A stretch of 64,000 bases of DNA, from the NCBI GenBank assembly GCA_038254115.1, contig JBBSGK010000004.1:4227-68226 (forward strand). Reading direction: 5' to 3'. The DNA comes from Candidatus Levyibacteriota bacterium. Lineage in GTDB: Bacteria > Patescibacteriota > Microgenomatia > Levybacterales > UBA12049. Shown here piece after piece: positions 1-8,668 of this stretch. Every line of letters starts with the position of its first letter. The first letter of the stretch is position 1. The position numbers and the translations under genes are program-made. The notes under the pieces are model-generated. The model made no database searches and had not been told where the DNA came from. It saw only the letters and a program-made list of their open reading frames with translations.

Positions 1-1183
1 GATCAAATCCCTTCATGCCATATGTTCCGTTTAGACTGATGTTGTAGGCTATATTCCATGTAAAATCACTAAGTTTGGGATCTATTAAATCAAACGGTAC
101 GATAAAGAACCCTTCGTTAACAGATGGACTATTATATTGAATACGGATTTTTTTATATACATTCCCATTGCCTTCAATAATAACGCGGGACGGATGTCCC
201 TTCCATCCGACCAGCATATGTGATTCAAATGTTTGGTAAGTGGCCGAAACCGGATCAAGTGCATGATCTGCTTTTCCCTGAATAAATAAGGATTGAAATG
301 CAGGATTTTCAATAGTTACCACGGGAGCCGATTGTGCTGAAGCGGTAATGATCTGACCTGAAGCCTTATATGCAATTTCAGTTGCCCGTGAATGCTGCTC
401 TTTCCCAAACCATTGTCCGGGATCGGTAAATTTATCAACAACAAATTCATAGGATTGGGCACCGGTGCCTATCAACTGATAACTCAACGCCAAGTCGTAA
501 TCACTGCGCCAAAATTTGGCATTTAATTGTACAGATAGGGGACCTGAGTAGGTGGTTGAGAGCGTTGTCGGAGTTAGATGTTTATCTGATTGTGATTGCC
601 TGGTAAAATTGCTTGCTTCTAGAACAGTTCCGTTGTTAACTGCATTAAATCCTACTTTTGTAACGTGTTCCATATTGTCATATCGATAGTCCTGTTGAAG
701 GTAGTTATCGGGAGTATCCGATGCAATCACACGTTGACCAGGATCCAAGTCTTCAAATACCCCTTGCTCGCGCCGCAGAAATAATTGCGTTCCTTGATAG
801 GAAGAAGACGGAATTTGAGAACTTATTAAACCATTTATAATGTGTTTAATTGATTCTAGCCTAACGATTGGGGAGGATTTTTCTTCTTCAGCAAACGCCA
901 AAATTGTCCGCGCGCTATCCTCAGTAAAGTGGATAGCAGGAAGGTTATCGGAATTAATTCCGTCCAGGGAAAATGTCAGCAAGTTATACCGGTTATCAAT
1001 TAAATTTTCCATATAATTTCCGGCATTCCAGCTGAGTTGGGTTGCAGTGGAGATTGGGGTTTGTGCTTTTGTCCTGAAATCATTTTGCTTTCTGAGAAAG
1101 AGAATCGTAATTGGTACTGCTAACAAGAGGAATATTAAGAATAACAGGGTAATATATTTTTTTTGACCCAAAAACCGCCGCAT
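1..1183 (-). CDS. hypothetical secreted/membrane-anchored protein, partial (runs off the window start; N-terminus at 1183)
   Basis: Minus-strand frame reads open from the ATG (reverse complement of 1181-1183) to position 1 with no stop. The ORF track omits it because there is no stop inside the window. The N-terminus MRRFLGQKKYITLLFLIFLLLAVPITILFL looks like a signal anchor. It sits downstream of rplL where rpoB is normally found. Confidence 0.6.
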   Translation of the reverse strand, partial: MRRFLGQKKYITLLFLIFLLLAVPITILFLRKQNDFRTKAQTPISTATQLSWNAGNYMENLIDNRYNLLTFSLDGINSDNLPAIHFTEDSARTILAFAEEEKSSPIVRLESIKHIINGLISSQIPSSSYQGTQLFLRREQGVFEDLDPGQRVIASDTPDNYLQQDYRYDNMEHVTKVGFNAVNNGTVLEASNFTRQSQSDKHLTPTTLSTTYSGPLSVQLNAKFWRSDYDLALSYQLIGTGAQSYEFVVDKFTDPGQWFGKEQHSRATEIAYKASGQIITASAQSAPVVTIENPAFQSLFIQGKADHALDPVSATYQTFESHMLVGWKGHPSRVIIEGNGNVYKKIRIQYNSPSVNEGFFIVPFDLIDPKLSDFTWNIAYNISLNGTYGMKGFD

Positions 1184-1230
1184 TATCCCAGTGTAGCACA
1201 CTTAATATACTTAAAATGGTGAAGAGAATA

Positions 1231-1282
1231 CAAAAATAGTATCTAGCATAAGACTAAAAATAATCGTAATACTAGATACTAT
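1231..1282 (-). terminator. candidate rho-independent terminator after rplL
   Basis: Perfect 11-bp inverted repeat ATAGTATCTAG / CTAGATACTAT (1236-1246 and 1272-1282), followed on the minus strand by a T-run. It lies just 3' of the rplL stop. The loop is unusually large (about 25 nt). Confidence 0.35.
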
Positions 1283-1288
1283 TTATTG

Positions 1289-1681
1289 CTATTTGAGCTC
1301 TACTGTAGCTCCTGCTGTTGTGAGTTTTTCTTTTGCCTCCTCAGCTGTTTTTTTGTTAACACCGTTCATTATTTCTTTTGGAGCTGCGTCAACTAGATCT
1401 TTTGCGTCTTTAAGCCCGAGAGTTGGAACCAACTCACGAAGTGCTTTGATAACAGCAATTTTTTGCGCGCCTGATTGTGCGATCACAACATTGAAAACTG
1501 TTTGTTCCTCAGCCGGAGCGCTGTCTCCTGCCGGAGCGGCACCCGCTGCTGGAGCTGCAACTGCCATCGCTGCTGCTGATACACCGAATTTTTCTTCCAA
1601 AGCTTTTACTAAGTCAGAAAGTTCAAGAACTGACATCTCTTCAATTGATTTCATTAAATCGTCTTTATTTATTTTTGCCAT
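1289..1681 (-). CDS. rplL: 50S ribosomal protein L7/L12
   Basis: 130 aa. N-terminal dimerisation helix, Ala/Pro/Gly hinge ([17 protein letters not shown]) and a conserved C-terminal domain ...[21 protein letters not shown]... Confidence 0.95.
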   Translation of the reverse strand: MAKINKDDLMKSIEEMSVLELSDLVKALEEKFGVSAAAMAVAAPAAGAAPAGDSAPAEEQTVFNVVIAQSGAQKIAVIKALRELVPTLGLKDAKDLVDAAPKEIMNGVNKKTAEEAKEKLTTAGATVELK

Positions 1682-1711
1682 ATATTAACACCTCCCTTCG
1701 TTATAAAATTG

Positions 1712-2260
1712 TTAAGCTTGTTTGGATTTCTCAATTGCCGATAGGGTCATTACAAATTTTTGCAGGTTCCAATTTAGTGCGCGGTGAAGTCCTGAGATTG
1801 GACCTTTCATATTGCCAAGAAGTTGGGCGCGGAGAACATCAAGAGGCGGGAGAGTTGAGATTTTGATTACGTCATCTTCTGCAACGATTTTGCCCTCAAG
1901 AATGCCGAATTTAATTAGAGGAAGCTTGAATTCTTTGATGGATTTGGTTATTGCTTTTAGTGGGCCTACAACGTCATCGTACATAAAAAGCGTTGCTGTT
2001 GGGCGACTAAATCTTTCTTTCTCAGCTTCTGTGTCAATCTTTCCTTTAAGCGCGATAAGAAGAAGTGTATTTTTGGTGTTAATGTATTCCGACTCCATAG
2101 ATTTGAGGGATTTCTTAAGTCCTTCAATCTGTTGATGGGTGAGTCCCTGATAATCAGTGAAGATGATGCCTTTGGCTTTTTCGACTTTTTGAAGGAGTTC
2201 GGCGACGATCTGCTCTTTTTTCTTGCGGTTATTACTTACTTTATTTGTTGCGTCTTGCAT
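1712..2260 (-). CDS. rplJ: 50S ribosomal protein L10
   Basis: 182 aa, immediately upstream of rplL in the same orientation. The L10-like N-terminus is ...IVAELLQKVEKAKGIIFTDYQGLTHQQIEGLKKSL... Confidence 0.93.
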   Translation of the reverse strand: MQDATNKVSNNRKKKEQIVAELLQKVEKAKGIIFTDYQGLTHQQIEGLKKSLKSMESEYINTKNTLLLIALKGKIDTEAEKERFSRPTATLFMYDDVVGPLKAITKSIKEFKLPLIKFGILEGKIVAEDDVIKISTLPPLDVLRAQLLGNMKGPISGLHRALNWNLQKFVMTLSAIEKSKQA

Positions 2261-2426
2261 ATATTCCTCCGTAGGATTTATTCCGAATTTTTCGAAACCT
2301 ACTTCTTAGGACTATTAAATTATAGCAGGGGAGGGGAGGATTGTAAATAGCCATTAAAACTGATAACGAATAAGAACTACTGATAAGAGTTTATCCAAAC
2401 AGGTATAAGTTATTGGTAAGAAGACA

Positions 2427-5318
2427 TTATGGTGCAACTTCTCTTGAGATTGTTTCATCCCGCATCAGAAAAGTTGGGGCATTAAGTATAAAATCAAGTC
2501 TCGGACTGATTGTGAGAGATGGGGTATTTGAGTTAGCGCCGCAAAGACTGCGGTTATTTATTAGCTTTCCATTCCCACCATTACCGGCAGCATTCATGAT
2601 AATTGATCCTTCTACATTTAACATTTTATCAGGAGCCGGGCAATTGTTTTTTCCCTCAAGAACAAAATTCTTATCAGTACTGTAAAATCCTTGTAATTGG
2701 CCTGCGGGTTTGGGCAAAGAGTTGCTTGCGGCGCCTACCGATTTATCGATAACGATGTTCCCGCTTGATGAAAATAGAGCAGTCGAGCCGTTTGGAATTG
2801 TAATGTCGCCTTTAACCGTTAACTTTCCATTGATTAGGAATATATAATTTTGGGATACGGTTGTAGGATTAAAGCTTGTAATAGTTACATCGCTATTGGG
2901 CGGGGCAACATAAATTCCATGGGATAAGTTGCTTGGAAGAGCGCAGTTGGAAATGCCACCGCTGCAAACTGATGCAAGATCAATTGTGGTTAATTGTGCC
3001 CCGGATATCTTGTCGGTCAAACTCCCATAACTTGTATGCAAGCGGCCGGTAGATGAGAAGAATTCAGGATACGATGATCCTCCTACGACCCAATTTTTAC
3101 CGGATGACTGACCCGGGGAAAAATCCGGATTTCCATCTCCTGAAAAAATGACTCCAGGGGTTGATCCGATAGCGCTGTCACTCTCTGAGGCAGATGCGCC
3201 TGAGGGAACATTGTCCACAAATCCGCTATCAATCCGAAGGTCAAGATTATAGCCCTGTATCCAAGCAGTGGAGTTATTGAGGGCAAAATTGAGATTTATT
3301 ATATTTCCTGATGCATCACAACTGCCTCCGGTTGTTGGATTGGGAATAGGATTAACGCATCCCGAGCCGGCAGTTACAGAGAATGCTGCTGGTCCGTAAG
3401 GATATACATGGTAATTAGGCGGAACAGTATTGTACGTTATTGTGTAGGTCCCGGAAGGAACATTTGTAAAGGAATAACTGCCATCCGCGTTATTGGCTAC
3501 TGTTATTCCAGCGCTTGGAGAGATACTTATATTTGGTGGTGTTGCAGTATAGTTTAATTCGCCACGGTTACTCTGATTGTCTCCATTTGTATCAATAAAA
3601 ACCTTTCCGGAGATGCTGAAGAAAGCCGTATTTACAGTAGCTGTATTTACAGTAAATGACAGATTGTCGGTACTAGCATTGCAATTTGCGTCACCCGAAT
3701 AGTCTGCTGTAATTGTATGGGTTCCGGTAGTTAAGGATGAGGTAGAGATGTTTGCTGTTTGCGCGGCAAGAGCTACGGGATTACCCATTGATATGCCCCC
3801 GTCATTGAATTGAATTGTGCCTGTCGGAACACAGGCACCGCTTCCTGCAACTGAAGCTGAAAAAGTAACTGATGTTCCTGAATTAGATGGGCTTACCGGG
3901 GAAGAGGTAAGAGTGGTAGTGGTTGCTGCTAATGAACCTGTTGTAGGTGTTGCGGTTGGAGGAGTAGTTGGAACCGTGGTTGGGGTAGGTGTTGCGGTTG
4001 GAGGAGTAGTTGGAACCGTGGTTGGGGTAGGTGTTGGTGGTTGTATTTGTGGAACTGAGCAGCCTGCTCCTCCGCGTCCTCCGGCACCGCCTGTGTTACC
4101 TGAGGGCGGTTGGCCGGCTTGTCCTGCATGTAATCCGTTACAGCCAGAACCTCCAGCTCCTCCGACACGGCCAGGTCCAACTTTATCATTGTAAATATCG
4201 CCATAACCCCCGGCTCCATAACCGGCAATTGGTCCGGCGGGCGAGGCAGTCCCAGTGGCACCGGTGCCTCCTTGACCTCCATCTCCTCCCTTGCCTCCGT
4301 CGCCACCGGCTGTAGTTCCAAGTCCATTTCCGCCATTGCCACCTAACCCTCCTATACCTCCCTTACCATTGAAGCTCTCAGCAATACTAAACGCTCCGTA
4401 TCCTGCAATTGGACCTGTAAATTTTGCGTCTCCATGGGCATTGTTTCCTCCTCTTCCTCCGTTGCCTCCATTTCCACCATTTCCTCCAGATTGGATCCCG
4501 TTTGAGTCACCTCCATTGCCTCCATCGCCTCCAAAGCCCCCCTCTCCATTATATAAAATTCCAAAACTACCTGCCCCATATCCGACTCCTCCAGGGGATG
4601 AGGCAGTTCCGTGGGCTCCCGTGCCTCCTTGACCTCCATCTCCTCCCTTGCCGCCATTCCGTCCTAATTTTCCATTATTTCCATTCCCTCCCCATCCTCC
4701 GGCACCGTTATATACTTGAGCAAAACTTGAAGCACCATAACCGACAGGTGTTACGGATTTAGCATCGCCCGAAGCATTATCCCCACCACGTCCACCAACT
4801 CCTCCATCTCCACCTGCGCTAATTGCGGTTGCATTTCCTCCCTTGCCTCCATTTCCACCCTTACCGTTGTATACCTGAGTCGAGAAAGCTGAACTGCTAC
4901 TTTTGGCATTACCGGAAGCATAATTACCTCCAGTTCCTCCGCTTCCTCCTGGCCCGGCAACACCATTGCTTGTTATATTATCGCCTCCATTTCCGCCTTT
5001 TCCTCCGAGGCCGTTATATACAGTTGTGAGGGTTGTGGCATCACTTTTAGCATTGGCGACTCCGCCTCCTCCTCCGCCCCCACCGGCGCCGAGTGCTTGG
5101 TTGAGAGTTAATAATCCACTTCCACCATTTCCTCCATTTGCTGCCCCTCCTGCTCCCCCTCCTAAGCCTTGAGAATTATTGCAACCTTTTTGTCCTGGTG
5201 CGCCGGAAGCGCCACCTGTACCACAGCCAACTTGGGCAGATAAGGTGGGTACGAGTATAAGAAAAGTGAAGATAAACAGCGTGAGAATAGAGTTATTGAG
5301 GAATGGTTTTCTTGCCAT
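2427..5318 (-). CDS. glycine-rich repeat cell-surface protein (signal peptide, Gly-rich repeats, Pro/Thr linker, Ig-like/Cna-B-like domains, C-terminal domain)
   Basis: 963 aa. The signal peptide is MARKPFLNNSILTLFIFTFLILVPTLSAQ. It is followed by about 390 aa of roughly 40-aa repeats of the form YNGxGGxGGxGG...DAKS. Then comes a PTPTTVPTTPPTAT x2 linker, then beta-sandwich-like segments such as GKVFIDTNGDNQ...SGTYTITY. The gene lies between rplA and rplJ. Confidence 0.85.
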   Translation of the reverse strand: MARKPFLNNSILTLFIFTFLILVPTLSAQVGCGTGGASGAPGQKGCNNSQGLGGGAGGAANGGNGGSGLLTLNQALGAGGGGGGGGVANAKSDATTLTTVYNGLGGKGGNGGDNITSNGVAGPGGSGGTGGNYASGNAKSSSSAFSTQVYNGKGGNGGKGGNATAISAGGDGGVGGRGGDNASGDAKSVTPVGYGASSFAQVYNGAGGWGGNGNNGKLGRNGGKGGDGGQGGTGAHGTASSPGGVGYGAGSFGILYNGEGGFGGDGGNGGDSNGIQSGGNGGNGGNGGRGGNNAHGDAKFTGPIAGYGAFSIAESFNGKGGIGGLGGNGGNGLGTTAGGDGGKGGDGGQGGTGATGTASPAGPIAGYGAGGYGDIYNDKVGPGRVGGAGGSGCNGLHAGQAGQPPSGNTGGAGGRGGAGCSVPQIQPPTPTPTTVPTTPPTATPTPTTVPTTPPTATPTTGSLAATTTTLTSSPVSPSNSGTSVTFSASVAGSGACVPTGTIQFNDGGISMGNPVALAAQTANISTSSLTTGTHTITADYSGDANCNASTDNLSFTVNTATVNTAFFSISGKVFIDTNGDNQSNRGELNYTATPPNISISPSAGITVANNADGSYSFTNVPSGTYTITYNTVPPNYHVYPYGPAAFSVTAGSGCVNPIPNPTTGGSCDASGNIINLNFALNNSTAWIQGYNLDLRIDSGFVDNVPSGASASESDSAIGSTPGVIFSGDGNPDFSPGQSSGKNWVVGGSSYPEFFSSTGRLHTSYGSLTDKISGAQLTTIDLASVCSGGISNCALPSNLSHGIYVAPPNSDVTITSFNPTTVSQNYIFLINGKLTVKGDITIPNGSTALFSSSGNIVIDKSVGAASNSLPKPAGQLQGFYSTDKNFVLEGKNNCPAPDKMLNVEGSIIMNAAGNGGNGKLINNRSLCGANSNTPSLTISPRLDFILNAPTFLMRDETISREVAP
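3947..4040. repeat. 42-bp tandem repeat (2.3 copies) inside the Gly-rich protein gene, encoding the PT-rich linker
   Basis: GTGTTGCGGTTGGAGGAGTAGTTGGAACCGTGGTTGGGGTAG occurs at 3947-3988 and again at 3989-4030, followed by a partial third copy. Confidence 0.8.
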
Positions 5319-5497
5319 AATTTAACTATACAAAGGGGGGAACTAACTTGTCAACGAAGAGCGTAAAGGATGTTAGGGAAATAAAATTTATAATTATTTA
5401 ATAACTTCTCTTCTAAATCCTAGTGTTGGAAGGATAATGAAAAAATACAGTATAGGATTATAAAAGATGATAAAGATTGAGAATTAGAAACGAAGAA

Positions 5498-5992
5498 TTA
5501 CTTAAGGTCGGCACAAACAATATCTGTTTTAAGATCCTGCGCAGATTTATGCACCCTTACAGCTAGTGGAAATTGTTTTTTAAAATCAGCCAGCGTACCC
5601 GTTATATAGTTTGCCGTTTTTCCATTTACAACAGGGGAGAGAGAATATTTTGCATTTTCCGGTTTTTCACAGCTTCCTTCATAAACATATGCCGGATGCG
5701 AAGCCTTATCAGTCGTATTATTTAGATCAACACCTATAAATACTTTTCCATTAACCTCATTGAATGTTACAATTCCGGAGCTTCCTGAATTGTTTTTTTC
5801 CGAAAGATTAGCCTCCATACTGGCTACAATAGGTCCCTGTTTTAAATCAGGAGTAAGATTTGCGGTAGGGGGAGAGGGGTTGGATTGAACGGGCCGGTTA
5901 TTTGTATTTTTCTTGGGTAGGAAAATTATAGATGCTATCATCAGGACAACGAAAATAGAACCAAAAATAAGTATTTTTTTGTTCATGGTCAT
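5498..5992 (-). CDS. hypothetical membrane-anchored/secreted protein
   Basis: 164 aa. N-terminal TM helix IFGSIFVVLMIASIIFL, Pro-rich spacer, and a C-terminal domain with two Cys. It sits between rplA and the Gly-rich protein gene inside the ribosomal cluster. Confidence 0.6.
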   Translation of the reverse strand: MTMNKKILIFGSIFVVLMIASIIFLPKKNTNNRPVQSNPSPPTANLTPDLKQGPIVASMEANLSEKNNSGSSGIVTFNEVNGKVFIGVDLNNTTDKASHPAYVYEGSCEKPENAKYSLSPVVNGKTANYITGTLADFKKQFPLAVRVHKSAQDLKTDIVCADLK

Positions 5993-6041
5993 ATTAAATT
6001 TACCAATTGTTGCCGGAAATTGTCAAGCTGACCAATGTAGA

Positions 6042-6929
6042 TTATGCAGAAAAATTGAGTTTGATTCCGGGGGACATTGTGGATTTGAGCGTGATGTTTT
6101 TGATATTTTTTGCCTGCACTGCTTGGATAACTGCCTCGACATTGTCAACCAATTTTTTCTCTTCAAATGAAATCTTGCCGATTGATAAGTGCATGATTGG
6201 GGCTTTTGCTTCTGTCTTGAAATTGATTTGTCCGAGCTCAAATTTCTTTGCTGCCTCTTTTGGTTTGGGATGGATGGTGCCGTTTTTGGGATTTGGCATA
6301 AGGCCCCGTGGCCCGAGAACTCTTGCAACTTTTGCAAGATGGCTCATGGTATCAGGCGTTGCGATAAGGATATCAAAATCCACTTGCCCCCCGGTAATTG
6401 CTTTTACAAGTTCTTCAACGTGTTTGGGATCCGCAGCGTGATCCGCAATCTCGATTTTTGCCTTTTTTCCTGATCCATGGGGGAGTGTGAGATTTCCTGA
6501 AATTCCCCGCTCCTGCGTATTGATGTGTAGCTCAACTGTTTCATCAAGTTTGGTTCTTTTTGTAGAATTTAAAATCTTCAAAGCATCTGTCACAGAATAC
6601 TTTTTATTTTTATCTACCTGCTTGGCCATTGCCAGATAACTTTCTGAGTGAGGCCTTGCTTTTTTGGAGGCTTTGTATTTTGATGTCTTGACAGTTTTGG
6701 CCGCTTTTTTTTCAGTCTTTGTTTCCTCAGCTTTTAATTCGGACTGTTCTTCTTTCTCTTCATTTACTGATTCTTTTATTGCTGAGTTTTCAACCTGCGT
6801 TGCTTTTTCGGCTTCGCCTTGTTTTTTGGCAGCTTCTATCCTTTTGGCTTCAGCTTTTTGCTTAGCTTTTTTCTTCTGATCTTTTTCGTCTTCTTCAATT
6901 CCAATTGTTTTAACTCTTATTTTACCCAC
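6042..6929 (-). CDS. rplA: 50S ribosomal protein L1 with an N-terminal Lys/Glu-rich extension of about 85 aa
   Basis: The L1 core begins around MAKQVDKNKKYSVTDALKILN... I place the start at the GTG at 6927-6929, which sits 4 nt after a GGGAGG Shine-Dalgarno sequence. The ORF-track start at 6965 is a TTG inside a heptamer repeat and I discount it. The ATG at MAKQVDK remains a possible alternative start. Confidence 0.85.
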   Translation of the reverse strand: MGKIRVKTIGIEEDEKDQKKKAKQKAEAKRIEAAKKQGEAEKATQVENSAIKESVNEEKEEQSELKAEETKTEKKAAKTVKTSKYKASKKARPHSESYLAMAKQVDKNKKYSVTDALKILNSTKRTKLDETVELHINTQERGISGNLTLPHGSGKKAKIEIADHAADPKHVEELVKAITGGQVDFDILIATPDTMSHLAKVARVLGPRGLMPNPKNGTIHPKPKEAAKKFELGQINFKTEAKAPIMHLSIGKISFEEKKLVDNVEAVIQAVQAKNIKNITLKSTMSPGIKLNFSA

Positions 6930-6952
6930 GTTTCCTCCCTTCGGTCGGTCAA

Positions 6953-6983
6953 GTGCAAAGTGCAAAGTGCAAAGTGCAAAGTG
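6953..6983. repeat. heptanucleotide tandem repeat (GTGCAAA) x4 plus a partial copy, in the rplK-rplA intergenic region
   Basis: Directly visible as gtgcaaagtgcaaagtgcaaagtgcaaagtg. Confidence 0.9.
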
Positions 6984-7039
6984 AAGGAATTTTTGTTTTT
7001 AATTATTTTTATTAAATTTAAACTTTTCATTTTTAACTT

Positions 7040-7462
7040 TTAACTTACTTCAACCCCCATTGATCTTGCAGTTCCGGCTACAATTCTTGCTGCCATTTCT
7101 ACGTCATCTGTATTCAGGTCTTCCATTTTGTCCTTTGCGATTTGGCGGGCCTGATCCATGGTGAGTTTGCCTATTTTTTCCCGTCCAGGTTTTTGTGATC
7201 CTTTTTCCTGGCCCATTGCTTTTTTGATCAGCTCGGCAACAGGGGATTTTTTGGTGATGAAAGAGAAAGTCCTGTCTTCATAAACAGTAATCACAACAGG
7301 GATGACATTGCCTTTCTGATCAGCAGTCTTATCATTGTAGGCTTTGACAAACTCCATGATGTTAAGACCATGTGGCCCGAGAGCAGTTCCGACAGGCGGT
7401 GCTGGTGTTGCTCCTCCTGCAGGTAATGCGATTTTAATTAATGTTTTTATTTTCTTAGCCAT
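7040..7462 (-). CDS. rplK: 50S ribosomal protein L11
   Basis: 140 aa with the L11 signature [43 protein letters not shown]... Confidence 0.93.
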   Translation of the reverse strand: MAKKIKTLIKIALPAGGATPAPPVGTALGPHGLNIMEFVKAYNDKTADQKGNVIPVVITVYEDRTFSFITKKSPVAELIKKAMGQEKGSQKPGREKIGKLTMDQARQIAKDKMEDLNTDDVEMAARIVAGTARSMGVEVS

Positions 7463-7474
7463 AATAGTAAGTAC

Positions 7475-7693
7475 TTAGAAATTTTTTCCTTCACTTTTCC
7501 AGATTTTTCTTGTCCCTCTTCTTGCTCCTATCCTACTAAAATAGAATCCTTCTTTTCGAGCCAAGACTAATTCACCTTGAGTAGCTGTTACTCTGAATTC
7601 TGAACGTGTAACAGGCCATTGGCCTCCTTCCAGCTTTTTTACTCTGACACGAATTGGCAAATCTTCCTCTGATTTTTCAGCGCGTAACTTCAT
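7475..7693 (-). CDS. small basic ORF between nusG and rplK (uncertain; could be a leader region)
   Basis: 72-aa Arg/Lys-rich ORF in the 305-bp nusG-rplK gap, where an L11/L1 regulatory leader is usually found. Confidence 0.2.
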   Translation of the reverse strand: MKLRAEKSEEDLPIRVRVKKLEGGQWPVTRSEFRVTATQGELVLARKEGFYFSRIGARRGTRKIWKSEGKNF

Positions 7694-7767
7694 ATTTGCA
7701 AATACATAATAAAAGAATTAACAGGTTTTAGCACAATGAGTAAGTCTAATACCAATTCTTGGCCATC

Positions 7768-8406
7768 TCATATCTTCTTCACCTGTAAAAAGTCCAGCTC
7801 AACGGGGGTTTCCCTCCCGAAGATTGAGACCAGAACTTTTACTTTTCCGCGGGTTTCGTCTATATTGTCAATTGTTCCCAGGAACTCTGCAAAAGGTCCG
7901 TCTGTGATCTTTACTGCCTCACCGACTGTAAAGGCAACTTTGTAAAGAGGTTCATCCAGGTTCATAAACTTCTGAATTGCCTCAACTTCTTTCTCCGAAA
8001 TTGGAGTCGGTTTGTTCCCGGCTCCGATAAAGCTTGTTACTCCCTGAGTGCTTCTTACCATGAACCATGATTCATCATCCAGAATCATCCTGACAAGTAC
8101 ATATCCCGGGAAGATTTTTTCCTGAATTGTTTCTTTTTTGCCCTGGCTGACCTTGATTGTGTTGCGGGTCGGGACAATGATATCAAAGATACGGTCATCA
8201 AATTTCATCGCCTCGGCTCTTTGCTTAAGAGATCTGGCGACTTTGTTTTCATGCCCAGCATAGGTATGAAGAATGTACCATTTAGCGTTATCAGGAACAG
8301 TTACAACTTTTTTCTCGTCGCCTGCAATGCCCGCTGTATCGACAGGATCTGCTGCTTTTTTTTCTTCTTTCTTTTCTTTTGGTTCGGTTGTCTGCGCTGT
8401 ATCCAT
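7768..8406 (-). CDS. nusG: transcription termination/antitermination factor NusG with a charged N-terminal extension
   Basis: NGN domain (KWYILHTYAGHENKV...) and C-terminal KOW (GEAVKITDGPFAEFLGTIDNID...KVKVLVSIFGRETPVELDFLQV). It is preceded by an approximately 35-aa Lys/Glu-rich tail. Confidence 0.9.
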   Translation of the reverse strand: MDTAQTTEPKEKKEEKKAADPVDTAGIAGDEKKVVTVPDNAKWYILHTYAGHENKVARSLKQRAEAMKFDDRIFDIIVPTRNTIKVSQGKKETIQEKIFPGYVLVRMILDDESWFMVRSTQGVTSFIGAGNKPTPISEKEVEAIQKFMNLDEPLYKVAFTVGEAVKITDGPFAEFLGTIDNIDETRGKVKVLVSIFGRETPVELDFLQVKKI

Positions 8407-8408
8407 AA

Positions 8409-8603
8409 TTATCTTAATATCAATCCCATCAATTTTGTAAACGCCAAATCAAGAGCACCTATATATAGTCCGACAAGTACGCTGATTGTTATGACAACCA
8501 AAGTAAGTCTGATGACTTCATCTCTTGTCGGCCATATGACTTGTCTTAATTCGACATAAGTTTCTTGTAAAAATTTAACAGGAGTAGTCATTATATCAGA
8601 CAT
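8409..8603 (-). CDS. secE: preprotein translocase subunit SecE
   Basis: C-terminal ...KFLQETYVELRQVIWPTRDEVIRLTLVVITISVLVGLYIGALDLAFTKLMGLIL matches the SecE TM helix. I trimmed the start to the internal ATG (MSDIMTTPVKF...). The longer ORF to 8699 overlaps a plus-strand promoter. Confidence 0.8.
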   Translation of the reverse strand: MSDIMTTPVKFLQETYVELRQVIWPTRDEVIRLTLVVITISVLVGLYIGALDLAFTKLMGLILR

Positions 8604-8668
8604 CCGCCTAAAACAGCGGATATGCATTGCAATTGTACCAAAATTGCGGGATGGTGTAAAGAAGCATG

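Noticed and set aside
1293-1688. 131-aa plus-strand ORF antisense to rplL (and similar antisense ORFs over rplJ, rplA, nusG, etc.)
   Set aside because: It exactly overlaps a well-supported ribosomal protein gene on the other strand. It is a low-complexity Ala/Ser-rich mirror translation.
3817-5172. Several plus- and minus-strand ORFs (Pro-rich, Val/Gly-rich, Leu/His-rich) inside the Gly-rich protein gene
   Set aside because: They are artefacts of GGN/CCN repetitive DNA. All overlap the 963-aa ORF, which has a signal peptide and a coherent domain structure.
6930-6965. ORF-track start of rplA at 6965
   Set aside because: That start is a TTG inside the (GTGCAAA)n repeat with no RBS. The GTG at 6927-6929, preceded by GGGAGG, is a far better initiation site.
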